Sequence record: OR352940.1
Source: Escherichia phage AV110
Direction: 5' to 3' (one strand)
Length of the DNA stretch: 64,000 nucleotides
Below, piece by piece: positions 33,996-43,636 of the stretch. Position 1 is the first letter of the stretch. Every line of letters begins with the position of its first letter. The translations under genes were made by a program, and so were the position numbers. Below the pieces are notes generated by a model. That model was not told the origin of the DNA and searched no databases. It worked only from the letters and a program-made list of their open reading frames with translations.

Positions 33996-35152
33996 TCCGG
34001 GTACCTCAAAGCGTCATCAGAGTTAGTTATATCAATAATAGATATAGAGTTTTCTGCTAACCCGTTTTTAGATAATTGACGTTTATAATATCTTTCACAA
34101 TATGTACACGTCGTCCCGCAGATTTCATTAGCACAATCGAAATCTGGATGTCTGAACCACCTTTTTTCTAAAAAGCCATCTAACAAAGAGGTTTCAATAT
34201 TTACTGTATGTGAAAACTCAGTTTCGTTTTCAAGAGTGAAAATAGTCTCTAAAGGCTTCCACAGTTCTAACAAATTACCTTCAAACTTTTCAGAAGCGTA
34301 TGCTTCAAGAACTTTCAAAATGTAGTCTGTGCTACCTGTACGTCCTGAAACTTTGAATTGAGTGATACCAATATCATTATAAAGTTTCAAATCTTGAGGA
34401 CGAACAAAACGAGTTCTCAACCAGTTAAATGGGTCTGTATCACGAGCTTTAATACAGTGCTGCATAGGATATCCGTTTAAGGATTTAGCATCATCAGCTG
34501 TAACATCAGTACTATGGAAAATATAGCAAGAGTCACGATAGCTACAATGTGTTGTATACCCTTTACCAGCATTAGAACAGAACTCATTTACAAGAACTTC
34601 AAATATTATATTGTTCTTATTGCAAAACTCTGCTGCACGCTTCAGGAAAGAAACTGAACGGTTCTTATGAATTCCACAGCAGACCTTTTTGATATTATAT
34701 TGGTCATGCAAGTATTTGATTTGAGTTACAGCATCGACATGTAGAATTGTTGAAACTTCAATCTCAATGTCTTTATTGACTTCACGAACAATTTCCATAA
34801 CAACAGGGTTAGCGATAGTAATACGCCATACGCCTATTGACCAAAGATACTGAACATAATCCTGAATAGCTTTCTTCTTCCACTCAACTAGTTCTCTTTT
34901 TGAACCAGGATTTATCGTGTTGAGTGTATAGTTAAAGCAAATACCTAATTCGTTACAACGTTTAACGTAATCTTCTAACATCTTTTTGTCAACGTCAGGA
35001 AGCCTAAAATCAGGTCTGGCTGCTACAAAAGCCATTTCTCTTGTAGAGCCATATACTTCGTTTATCAAGCTATTAGGATAGGTTTTATTGAGCTCTACGA
35101 TTTTATCAAGAAGAGCTAAATCAAAATTTGTTCCGATTTTAAAAGTATTCAT
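33992..35152 (-). CDS. Cys-rich enzyme of unknown function (386 aa), possible Fe-S protein
   Basis: Several Cys clusters including C-x4-C-x3-C-x2-C near C-terminus (DCANEICGTTCTYCERY); embedded in the sugar-nucleotide cluster. Confidence 0.5.
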   Translation of the reverse strand: MNTFKIGTNFDLALLDKIVELNKTYPNSLINEVYGSTREMAFVAARPDFRLPDVDKKMLEDYVKRCNELGICFNYTLNTINPGSKRELVEWKKKAIQDYVQYLWSIGVWRITIANPVVMEIVREVNKDIEIEVSTILHVDAVTQIKYLHDQYNIKKVCCGIHKNRSVSFLKRAAEFCNKNNIIFEVLVNEFCSNAGKGYTTHCSYRDSCYIFHSTDVTADDAKSLNGYPMQHCIKARDTDPFNWLRTRFVRPQDLKLYNDIGITQFKVSGRTGSTDYILKVLEAYASEKFEGNLLELWKPLETIFTLENETEFSHTVNIETSLLDGFLEKRWFRHPDFDCANEICGTTCTYCERYYKRQLSKNGLAENSISIIDITNSDDALRYPE

Positions 35153-35211
35153 TTTTTTTGCATCTCACGTTAATTGATGCGATGGTTTTTTTGCAGGTCT
35201 TACTTAAATTA

Positions 35212-35613
35212 TTATAGATTCGGTTTATACGATTTAAATGTTTCGAATTCGCCTTTATTCATAAGAGCTTTGAATTCGTCAGGACGCATAGCTTTGTCGT
35301 CGATAATCCAATCATATACTGGTTTATGTGTTAGCAAATTATGGTACTTCAAGCCAATGTTTGCCAAGTTCTGAATCAGACTTGGGAGAATGTCAATTGC
35401 TATACGACCAGGACCTACTGACTTCATACCGCGAGCAGTGTAAAGCGTTATTGTATGCCCTGCATCATACAGAGCATTAATGGCAGACACCATTTCGACG
35501 TCCGGTTTGAAGTTCACATAATCACGATTGTTATTCCACTCTGTTATACAATCATCGACATCAAAACAAAGATTAAGCATGTTTTCTACACGGTGCATTA
35601 GATTCGTTCCCAT
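35212..35613 (-). CDS. HAD-superfamily phosphatase-like protein
   Basis: Motif I LCFDVDDCIT, motif II ITLYTAR, motif III K...DD; start may be Met-6 (TAATG-coupled at about 35598). Confidence 0.55.
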   Translation of the reverse strand: MGTNLMHRVENMLNLCFDVDDCITEWNNNRDYVNFKPDVEMVSAINALYDAGHTITLYTARGMKSVGPGRIAIDILPSLIQNLANIGLKYHNLLTHKPVYDWIIDDKAMRPDEFKALMNKGEFETFKSYKPNL

Positions 35614-37283
35614 TGATGAGTGATATCGCCACCGATTGGACGATAAGAAACACCAGTTTCTTTATCAGTTAGTACCCATTTACCAGGATTTTTTGTAATC
35701 AGAGTAGCCGTTACAGGTTCTGCTACGTCATAACTAATAGAGCCGTCCTGAAGTACACGGCCCATGTTACGTAATTGCTTAGTCAGAAGTTCCATACCTT
35801 TATAATATGCGGCTACCGCTTTAAGTGGATTATTCTTGAAATAACCACCTAATGCAATCCAGATAATTGCTACAGCCAAATGATGATATTCATTAAACGA
35901 ACTCAGCTTTCCATATTTGTAAACTAATGGATTGATGTTAATAGTCACATTACAAGTTGTTTCATCAATAGTAAACTGTCCCCAGGTCGGATTAGCGTTG
36001 AATTCATCATAACCTGAAACAGCGTAAAGCACTTTAGCTTCGTCGTACAATTTCGGCCCGTAAATCTTGGTTTCGCCAAAATATCCACGAGGGTCGATAA
36101 ACTTGACTTCGCCGTTATCAGTAATCATAGTATTACTGAAGTTCGGGTCACCATGAATAACAGAGTACTGTCCCTGAGAACGGTTATGATAACGAATAAG
36201 GTGTTCTAAAGCTTGTTTCAGCATTGGCTTCAGACGTCCAATCTTAGTGTAGTTCACATGTGTGATTTTACCAAATGAATCAATCAATGGTTGAATGCTT
36301 TCACAACGATCAATAACTTTCGTATAGAATTCTTTAGTGAAATCACGACGAACAGTTTCAGGACTTACAAAATAAGTGTCTGCGCTGAATTTCAGTGCAT
36401 CTAAAATTGCATCAATAATTTGTGGACGAGCAAGACTTGATTTTGATTTAATATATTCAAATGCCGGCTTACCTTTAATGCGTTCCATTTCAAAGTTATT
36501 TTCATTAACAGAAACTAACTGAGGAACTGAATCTGATTTCACTTTCAAATACCACGAAATCTCATCTTTCTGAAGAGCTCGACCCTGTTCGGTTAATGCG
36601 AATTTAGTTACAGTTTCTTCGCCAATTTCAACTGCATTAAAACTACGGTTCAGTTCACGAACTTCATGGGCCTTTTCAAGTTTAGGCATATCACCAAGGT
36701 CGATGATATTCATAAGCTCTGATTTATTGAATGCGCCGCTGTAAAGGAATTCTACGAAATCACGTCCTTTGCAGTATTCATGAATTTCCTCATCGGTAGA
36801 ACCCATATAGAATTCCCAGTCTTTGAACTGATAAATTCCTACAACATTACCGCCTGTTTCACCTACATTAGTGATATTTTCACCATCGAAATTATACCGA
36901 CATTCATCACCCTTAACATAGATTGCGTTAACATTCCAAGACCAAGAACCAAAATCGGGAATAATATCACACCAGTTAACAATTACATTATGGCCGTCTA
37001 AATCTTTGTGTAATTTAGCAAGAGCATAAGCAGAACCATACGCTTCATCAACTGTACGAATAGTCACATTGAACCCTTCTTGCTCACAATAAGCTCGAAC
37101 AGTTTCAGCAAATTTTGAATGAACTACTACAATAATTTCATCTGCGCCAAGGTCAGAATAAATTGTATACAAATTGCTCAGAATAGTGTCTTGCTTATAG
37201 TTAACAAGCACCTTAGGAATATGATGCGTTATTGGATACAAACGAGTTGCCAGTCCAGCACCAAGAATAACAGCTTTTTTCAT
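35598..37283 (-). CDS. bifunctional sugar-1-phosphate nucleotidyltransferase / APH-like sugar kinase
   Basis: 561 aa; N-terminus AVILGAGLATRLYPIT (RmlA/GlmU-type NTase signature); C-terminus VIHGDPNFSNTMI and FIDPRG (aminoglycoside/choline-kinase Brenner and DFG-like motifs). Confidence 0.7.
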   Translation of the reverse strand: MKKAVILGAGLATRLYPITHHIPKVLVNYKQDTILSNLYTIYSDLGADEIIVVVHSKFAETVRAYCEQEGFNVTIRTVDEAYGSAYALAKLHKDLDGHNVIVNWCDIIPDFGSWSWNVNAIYVKGDECRYNFDGENITNVGETGGNVVGIYQFKDWEFYMGSTDEEIHEYCKGRDFVEFLYSGAFNKSELMNIIDLGDMPKLEKAHEVRELNRSFNAVEIGEETVTKFALTEQGRALQKDEISWYLKVKSDSVPQLVSVNENNFEMERIKGKPAFEYIKSKSSLARPQIIDAILDALKFSADTYFVSPETVRRDFTKEFYTKVIDRCESIQPLIDSFGKITHVNYTKIGRLKPMLKQALEHLIRYHNRSQGQYSVIHGDPNFSNTMITDNGEVKFIDPRGYFGETKIYGPKLYDEAKVLYAVSGYDEFNANPTWGQFTIDETTCNVTININPLVYKYGKLSSFNEYHHLAVAIIWIALGGYFKNNPLKAVAAYYKGMELLTKQLRNMGRVLQDGSISYDVAEPVTATLITKNPGKWVLTDKETGVSYRPIGGDITHQWERI

Positions 37284-37324
37284 GTTGAAGTCCTCATTGG
37301 TAAGTAGGAGTATTGTACACTATT

Positions 37325-37468
37325 CTAGTTAAAGCATTCATACTTTGCCTGTAGACCAATCATAATCCATCCAATTACAAGTGTTGGAATCATTACCGGA
37401 GCCGTTAAGCTCCAGTAGATAGTCATGGCAAGCATCAATAGTAAAAGTCCTATTGTTATTGCTTTCAT
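37325..37468 (-). CDS. small membrane protein (47 aa)
   Basis: Hand-found ORF MKAITIGLLLLMLAMTIYWSL..., ATGA-coupled to upstream SIS gene; sits where T4 has imm/imm.1. Confidence 0.35.
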   Translation of the reverse strand: MKAITIGLLLLMLAMTIYWSLTAPVMIPTLVIGWIMIGLQAKYECFN

Positions 37469-38100
37469 TGTTCGCCTCGTAACATGGCACCTAGTGCACC
37501 ACCTGGATGGAACTTAAGGAAGTCATTAGAGGTAAATCCACGTTCAGACGAAAGGTTGATAGCGAACGTATCGATAAGCGCTAACAACAATGTAGTAGAC
37601 ATTGTCGGAGCTAAAGAGTTCTCGTCAACTTCTACCGCGATACCGGTACAGAACGTATAATCAAAAAGAGCTTCGTATTCTTGTGGAATGTCAGGGTTAC
37701 AATGTAACAGAATCTGTTTAACCTGAGGACGAATCATACGAAGATGTTTAGCAACACCTATCATTTCTTCAGTCTTACCAGAACGACTGATGTGAACTAA
37801 TACATCATTAGGTGCAATAAATCCTGCGTCACCATGAGAATAATGCCCAGTGTTCAAGTACATACTTGGGATACCGAGTGAAGCAAAAGTCTCGGAAGCT
37901 TTAGTTGCGATATTAGCGTTCTTACCAACACCTGTAATAATTACTCGGCTTTCATAATTACTAAGTCCCGGGCGTCGAAGAGTTTCTAGAATAGCATTAT
38001 AACGAGCAGGGTTTTGACTAATTACTTTAGCCATAGTGGCAAGAGATGAAGCTTGTTTTACGATTGCGTCAATAGCGATAGTGATTGGTGTAGTTTTCAT
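37465..38100 (-). CDS. SIS-domain sugar-phosphate isomerase, arabinose-5-phosphate isomerase (KdsD/GutQ)-like
   Basis: 211 aa; KdsD-type SIS motifs (TFASLGIPS, HGDAGF, ISRSGKT, LAPTMSTT, GFTSNDF..HPGGALG); lacks CBS domains. Confidence 0.7.
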   Translation of the reverse strand: MKTTPITIAIDAIVKQASSLATMAKVISQNPARYNAILETLRRPGLSNYESRVIITGVGKNANIATKASETFASLGIPSMYLNTGHYSHGDAGFIAPNDVLVHISRSGKTEEMIGVAKHLRMIRPQVKQILLHCNPDIPQEYEALFDYTFCTGIAVEVDENSLAPTMSTTLLLALIDTFAINLSSERGFTSNDFLKFHPGGALGAMLRGEQ

Positions 38101-38140
38101 ATTTCTCTCATTTAATTAGTTGGCCGTCCTTGGCATTATA

Positions 38141-40852
38141 TCAAAAATCAAACATATCGAACAGAGATGCTTTCTTCTCGTAATCGAGTTTAGCTGCTGA
38201 TGTGAATCCTTCAAGTGGTTTAATAAATGTCTTCTCAAGGAGAACAGTGTAGTCCATCCAATGAAGTACGTCGTCTTTAATTAAATCTGTGATTTCAGTA
38301 CCAGAAGGCCATGCGATACATTTATCACCGAATGGGTTTCCTTCACGTAAAGGCAGAACATATACTTTTTCACCTTCTACAACTTGTGGTGCATCAATAT
38401 TACCTTTGATAGCTCGGTTATATGTCAGAATTCCACGAATATGGAACGGGCATTTAGGACCCGGGAATCCACCTACGTCATATTTAGCAATGTTATTCGC
38501 AGAAGATACCGACGCGATGCTAATATAATTCAATTGACGGAATTCTTTTTCAAACTCTTTAAAATATTCTTGTAATGATTCTTCACCTTCTTGAAGCATA
38601 CGACGAATACATTCTTTAAGAGCTTTCTGTACTGCTTTAGGAGTCGAAGATTTCTGAGTCTCTAGACCCATGATTTTGAGTTTAGGCTCAGCGTAACGAG
38701 TGCCTTCCATATCCCACACGTTTAATGCATAACGTTTCTTACCAGTCCAGAATCCACCAATACCTTTAGAACCGAGCGGAGGGCCAGCAATAGCTTCTCG
38801 GTCCATGAACATTAAGTGTTGTTTATTGTTCATGTATTCACACATTTCACGGAAACCTCTATCAATAGCAGGTTCCATACGTTCACGAGCGAACTTATCT
38901 AAGAAGTCTACCCAATGGTTGGTATCACGGAATTTAGATTCACCAACCTTATCGATAATTTTATCGGCAGATACGTAAATAGAGTCTGTATCACCATATA
39001 GAACGAAAGCTTCACCTTCTGTACCACAAACTTCATTCAGATATTCATTAACTTTACGTTCAATCCACTGTAAAGCCATTTGTCCGAATGTTGTGATTGC
39101 AGTAGCATTACGCAAATCATAATAACGGAACCAAACGTTGCCAAGTGCACCATAAAGTGAGTTGATAAGCAATTTACGGTTAATTTGTGCGGTCATACCT
39201 GCAACTTCAGTACGTTGAGCTCTAAACAACATTTCATTAAGAGATTTAGCAGACAACTTTTTAATCTTTTCTTTAATCTCATCACTGAAGTCGAAACGAT
39301 AATCAACATCTAATGGTTCGTCAACAGAAAGATTAGGATTATGCAATGCCTCTTTAATTATTTCACCATTACGTTGAGCTGCAAGCATATAACCTTTATG
39401 TTCTTTACGTTGATTAAAGACCTTAGTGATTTCAGTTGGAACTACACCATCACGGTCTTTATAATACATCATGCCGTTAGGAGAGCAACTGTACACATCT
39501 GAAGGACGTTCAGCGATTGCGTTAATATAATCATGCAATGGAGCTACTTTAAACGTTCCTGCTATTGTTTCCGGGCTAATATTCACTTGGCGAATAATAC
39601 TTGGATACAGAGATGTAAGGTCGAAACTCATTACATATTTGTATCGATTTGGAATAGGTTCCTTAACAAAAGCGCCAGGATAAGGTTGAACCGGGTGAGA
39701 ACGACCTTGTGGAATCACCTTGTTTTGTTCTTTAAGGCTATTAAAAATAATAGCATCCCAAGTTTTAATTGGACTGAACACAGATTGAATCTGAATTTTA
39801 GCATAATAACCCATGTCCAAGCTCAAGTTGATGAACTGACGCTTAGAATCAATTTGCAATACACGATACACGTCGATAATGTTATAAGAAATATATCGTT
39901 GGTGATTGCTTTCACGAAGCTTAGAAATAGGGCCGTCATATTTCAGTTTACCAACGTTCAATTCAAATTCTGAAATGTAATCCAGAGAATACGACGGTTG
40001 ATTGGTAAAAGAGAATTTTTTGTAAAGGTCAATGTAATCAAGAACAGAGATACCGAACAATGTAATGATTTCACGAGAACCATACATGTTTTCGATAACT
40101 TTAACACGAGTTTTACGATGCGGCGATAAACGTTTCGCAGTAGATTCGCCAAAAATATTCTTGATTCGGTTATACACATATGGAATATCAAATGACTCAA
40201 CGTTCCATCCAGTCAAAATGACAGGAGTTTTCTGTTGCCAGAAGTTGAGATATTCCATCAACAATTCTTTTTCGTTATCGAACGGCATATAAATGATTTT
40301 ATCGATAATTTCAGATGGAACTTCATCACCGCCTTGTTCTTGAAGCTTAGCAGCGATTTCAATAGACCATTCTTCTACATTACCATATGGAGAATTCAAT
40401 AGATCAAATACGTAGAACCTGTCGTCAATTGAGTCATAATGGGTGATAGCATCAATCGGATGTTTTGCTTGTGACGGCTCAGGGAACCCGTCCGGAGATG
40501 TTACTTCGATGTCGAAGTTAGCCACACGAATTTTTGTATGGTCGTATTTGATTTCATAGTTATAAGTGTCAGACAAATACGCCAATTTGAAATCGTCCAT
40601 GCCAAGTGCTTCAAGTCCGATATCTTCCATGCGTTTAATCCATTGGGAGGCATCACGCATATTAGCGAACAACTTACGAGTACACGGCTTACCGTAGATA
40701 TCGAAATATTTCGTAGCCTGACTTTCCGGACAATGAGCAAACAGTGATGGTTTATATTCTACTTCACGAGTACGTTCACGGCCATTAGAATCGATGTAAC
40801 GTTCAAAAATTGAATCACCAATCTGTTCAACCGTTAAGTAAAATTCTTTCAT
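38141..40852 (-). CDS. 43: DNA polymerase gp43 (family B)
   Basis: 903 aa; exo motifs FDIEV, YNIIDV, pol motifs DLTSLYPSI, YGDTDS; N-terminus matches RB69 gp43 as recalled. Confidence 0.95.
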   Translation of the reverse strand: MKEFYLTVEQIGDSIFERYIDSNGRERTREVEYKPSLFAHCPESQATKYFDIYGKPCTRKLFANMRDASQWIKRMEDIGLEALGMDDFKLAYLSDTYNYEIKYDHTKIRVANFDIEVTSPDGFPEPSQAKHPIDAITHYDSIDDRFYVFDLLNSPYGNVEEWSIEIAAKLQEQGGDEVPSEIIDKIIYMPFDNEKELLMEYLNFWQQKTPVILTGWNVESFDIPYVYNRIKNIFGESTAKRLSPHRKTRVKVIENMYGSREIITLFGISVLDYIDLYKKFSFTNQPSYSLDYISEFELNVGKLKYDGPISKLRESNHQRYISYNIIDVYRVLQIDSKRQFINLSLDMGYYAKIQIQSVFSPIKTWDAIIFNSLKEQNKVIPQGRSHPVQPYPGAFVKEPIPNRYKYVMSFDLTSLYPSIIRQVNISPETIAGTFKVAPLHDYINAIAERPSDVYSCSPNGMMYYKDRDGVVPTEITKVFNQRKEHKGYMLAAQRNGEIIKEALHNPNLSVDEPLDVDYRFDFSDEIKEKIKKLSAKSLNEMLFRAQRTEVAGMTAQINRKLLINSLYGALGNVWFRYYDLRNATAITTFGQMALQWIERKVNEYLNEVCGTEGEAFVLYGDTDSIYVSADKIIDKVGESKFRDTNHWVDFLDKFARERMEPAIDRGFREMCEYMNNKQHLMFMDREAIAGPPLGSKGIGGFWTGKKRYALNVWDMEGTRYAEPKLKIMGLETQKSSTPKAVQKALKECIRRMLQEGEESLQEYFKEFEKEFRQLNYISIASVSSANNIAKYDVGGFPGPKCPFHIRGILTYNRAIKGNIDAPQVVEGEKVYVLPLREGNPFGDKCIAWPSGTEITDLIKDDVLHWMDYTVLLEKTFIKPLEGFTSAAKLDYEKKASLFDMFDF

Positions 40853-40864
40853 TTAATTTCCTTT

Positions 40865-40880
40865 AGACGAGTTATTGTCT
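40865..40880 (-). promoter_or_regulatory. gp43 translational operator hairpin (loop AAUAACUC)
   Basis: mRNA reads AGAC-AAUAACUC-GUCU then AAGGA and AUG of gene 43; the 8-nt loop equals the T4 gp43 operator loop as I recall it. Confidence 0.6.
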
Positions 40881-40911
40881 TTTGTTTGTTGATGAACTTA
40901 TTATACTCCAA

Positions 40912-40929
40912 ATGGGACCGAAGTCCCAT
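40912..40929 (-). terminator. hairpin downstream of regA
   Basis: AUGGGAC-UUCG-GUCCCAU immediately after regA stop, upstream of gene 43 -10-like TATAAT. Confidence 0.4.
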
Positions 40930-40933
40930 TGCT

Positions 40934-41311
40934 TTAATTACCAATTGTATATTTTGCTTTCAAAGTCCAGTCATCTTTCTGTTTAAAAGAGATAACACGG
41001 AAGTTATTAGTCAGGCCAAACAGATCTTCACGAGCAGAGTCTTCAATAACAATCAAGCCCCAGTCTTCAAGCAACTGAGCAATCGAATCACGTCGCTGAT
41101 AGTCTTCACCATCAATATCAACCTGACGTCCGTCCATACGCAGCATTTCTTTAAAGTGGACGATGTAATATTTACCTTGCTTTTGGAGGATATGACAGGA
41201 CTGATAAAGAACTTTATCCTTGTTATTAGCGATGCCCATACGGGTCAGAGTCTCTTTGACTTTCAGAAAATCTTCGGGGTTCTTCAATTTAATTTCGATC
41301 ATTTTTACCAT
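40934..41311 (-). CDS. regA: RegA translational repressor
   Basis: 125 aa; [31 protein letters not shown] matches T4 RegA; position between 62 and 43. Confidence 0.85.
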   Translation of the reverse strand: MVKMIEIKLKNPEDFLKVKETLTRMGIANNKDKVLYQSCHILQKQGKYYIVHFKEMLRMDGRQVDIDGEDYQRRDSIAQLLEDWGLIVIEDSAREDLFGLTNNFRVISFKQKDDWTLKAKYTIGN

Positions 41312-41868
41312 TCCAATGCTAATTTTTTAAATTGTTTTTGTTCTTTCACATTTTTTGTAACTTCTTTGAGAAACTCATCAGTGACCATGGCCTTCAGTTC
41401 TTTAAGGACTATTGGCAACTTGTTATTTTTTTCAAGGAGCCGCTTATACTCGGTAGCATCATTCATGTTGATTGTGTAATGTTTCATCAACAGTTTGATA
41501 ACTAGTAACTCTGAAGTGTCTTCGACTAGTTTAGCCCATTTAGAGAATCGTCGGCCACGTGGAATTGCCGCCATCATATAGTTGAAGTGCGCTTCATCAC
41601 TTAATTCAGAACCGACTAAGTTCATCATGTAAACGGCTGGCATACATTCTGGGAACTGGGATAATGAGTTCTCAACCATAAATTTTGAGTAGTCGACCTG
41701 AGCAATTGACATAGATTTCTTTTCATTAATAGCATTAATGATTTTAAAGAATTCATTCTCAGGTTTTTCTTTAAACATGTCAGCACATTTTTGAATCGCA
41801 TCAGCGTCGTTAGACTTCCATGCAATTTGGTGCTCGTTAAGTTGGACGTCATCATCAAATAAGTTCAT
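41305..41868 (-). CDS. 62: clamp loader small subunit gp62
   Basis: 187 aa (same as T4 gp62); overlaps gene 44 stop and regA start as in T4. Confidence 0.8.
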   Translation of the reverse strand: MNLFDDDVQLNEHQIAWKSNDADAIQKCADMFKEKPENEFFKIINAINEKKSMSIAQVDYSKFMVENSLSQFPECMPAVYMMNLVGSELSDEAHFNYMMAAIPRGRRFSKWAKLVEDTSELLVIKLLMKHYTINMNDATEYKRLLEKNNKLPIVLKELKAMVTDEFLKEVTKNVKEQKQFKKLALEW

Positions 41869-41869
41869 A

Positions 41870-42832
41870 TTATTTCCAAGTCAGTTCGCAGGTCAGTTGA
41901 AGAAGCATATACATAACATGTAATTCAATATTACTTGCTAATCCATGAAACTTATTATTTTCGCCTGCAATTTCATAAAGCGAAATAATACTTTTACCTG
42001 GTGCAACTTTGTCATAACACTCAGAAACTAATTTATCGATGAACCATGAATAATCAGCGGCATATTTTGGAGCTAACGCACGAAGCTGTTTGATATCTTT
42101 ATTTTTCATTGCTTCTATGACATCATCTACCGTGCCACGATCATTGGTTACAATCGACAAAATACCTGCATCAAGAACACCTTTAGACGAGTACTGGTCT
42201 AATTGACCAATTGTACGTCGAAAGTCCGGGAAGTTCTTTTTAACCAGAGCTGCAACAACTTTCATATCAGCGATTTCGATATTTTCGTTCTTACAGATTT
42301 CAACCATGCGATGAATCATTTTCTTCATCATTGAGATTTTATCTTCTTCGGTTGGACGTCCGAATTCGATAACTCGACAACGACTACGTAACGGTTCGAT
42401 AATTCCATCGATGTTGTTGGCAGTAATAATAATAGAACAGTTACTAGAGAATTCTTCCATGAATGTACGAAGGTGACGTTGTGATTCAGCGAGGCCACTA
42501 CGGTCAAATTCATCAATAACAATAACTTTAGGCTTGCCTTCCATTGAGACTGAACGAGCGAATGCAGTTAACGGACCACGCACAAAATCAATCTTACAAT
42601 CAGAACCGTTGACGAACATCATTTCGGCATTGATATCATTACATAATGCTTTTGCTACGGTTGTTTTACCGGTACCAGGAGATGGAGAGTGTAAAATAAT
42701 ATGAGGAAGTTTTCCTTTAGATACTAAAGACTTGAATGTTTCATGGTCATACGCAGGCAGAATACATTCGTCAATGGAAGAAGGACGATATTTCTGTTCT
42801 AGAATGTGTTCTTTGGAATTGATAGTAATCAT
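41870..42832 (-). CDS. 44: clamp loader ATPase gp44 (AAA+)
   Basis: 320 aa; Walker [11 protein letters not shown], Walker B VIVIDEFD, sensor and SRC-type arginine-finger region. Confidence 0.9.
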   Translation of the reverse strand: MITINSKEHILEQKYRPSSIDECILPAYDHETFKSLVSKGKLPHIILHSPSPGTGKTTVAKALCNDINAEMMFVNGSDCKIDFVRGPLTAFARSVSMEGKPKVIVIDEFDRSGLAESQRHLRTFMEEFSSNCSIIITANNIDGIIEPLRSRCRVIEFGRPTEEDKISMMKKMIHRMVEICKNENIEIADMKVVAALVKKNFPDFRRTIGQLDQYSSKGVLDAGILSIVTNDRGTVDDVIEAMKNKDIKQLRALAPKYAADYSWFIDKLVSECYDKVAPGKSIISLYEIAGENNKFHGLASNIELHVMYMLLQLTCELTWK

Positions 42833-42857
42833 GTAATTTTCCTCATTATCATTAAAC

Positions 42858-42875
42858 TGGAGGATTTCTCCTCCA
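42858..42875 (-). promoter_or_regulatory. 45-44 intercistronic RNA hairpin (GAAA tetraloop)
   Basis: UGGAGGA-GAAA-UCCUCCA between gene 45 stop and gene 44 RBS. Confidence 0.4.
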
Positions 42876-42907
42876 TAATCGTATCACAATAAACGTAAAG
42901 CTTTGAC

Positions 42908-43594
42908 TTAGAAGTCGTGAGTAGAATCGGCTTCCATCGCAATAACATAACTTACTTGAGAGCTTTCAAACTTAGCTGCAACTTTATCACCAGCTCCCCA
43001 CAACATTACTTTATAGTTACCTGGCTGGATTTTCATATTAGCCATATTGATTACGAAGTTAAAGTTATTAGAACCGTCATAATCAGTAAGAGTCAAAGAA
43101 TACTTAGGACGAGTTAGTCCGGAATCTTCAACTTTATTATAGCCATTGATAACAATTTTACCATCTTTATTTGTAATAGCAATTGTATCAATCTGAAGTC
43201 CACGTGAAACTCGAAGCAATTGTTGAAGGTCTTCAGCTTTAATTTCAGTAATCACAGAAGCCACTGGGAATTGAATTGGCTTATTAGGAAAAACAATGGT
43301 GCTCTTGTCGGCAGCAGGCCAATAAACTGTGGAACGTGTATCTGCAATTTTAATATTGCCATCAGTATGCATTGAAATTTCGGCATCGTCAGACACTAGA
43401 CTCAAAATGCTTAAGAAGCTATTCAAATCATAAAGTGCTACGTCAAAATCAATTTCATCAGAGATATTTGCTTCCGCATAAGTGGTGCCATTAACTGCAC
43501 GAGTCATAATAAATTTACCTTGACTCAGCAGAATGCCAGAGTTAATAGAGGCAAAGTTTTTCAGAATAGCGATAGTATCTTTAGACAGTTTCAT
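42908..43594 (-). CDS. 45: sliding clamp gp45
   Basis: 228 aa from MKLSKDTIAILKNF (ATG 43594, AGGAA RBS), same length as T4 gp45; C-terminal ALEADSTHDF. Confidence 0.9.
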   Translation of the reverse strand: MKLSKDTIAILKNFASINSGILLSQGKFIMTRAVNGTTYAEANISDEIDFDVALYDLNSFLSILSLVSDDAEISMHTDGNIKIADTRSTVYWPAADKSTIVFPNKPIQFPVASVITEIKAEDLQQLLRVSRGLQIDTIAITNKDGKIVINGYNKVEDSGLTRPKYSLTLTDYDGSNNFNFVINMANMKIQPGNYKVMLWGAGDKVAAKFESSQVSYVIAMEADSTHDF

Positions 43595-43636
43595 TTTATT
43601 TCCTTTCAAGACAATTCAAAGTTTATAACAAATTTA

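Noticed and set aside
38141-40852. Possibility that gene 43 contains an intein or intron
   Set aside because: The 903-aa reading frame is continuous and collinear with the RB69/T4 polymerase as recalled, with all exo and pol motifs in order.
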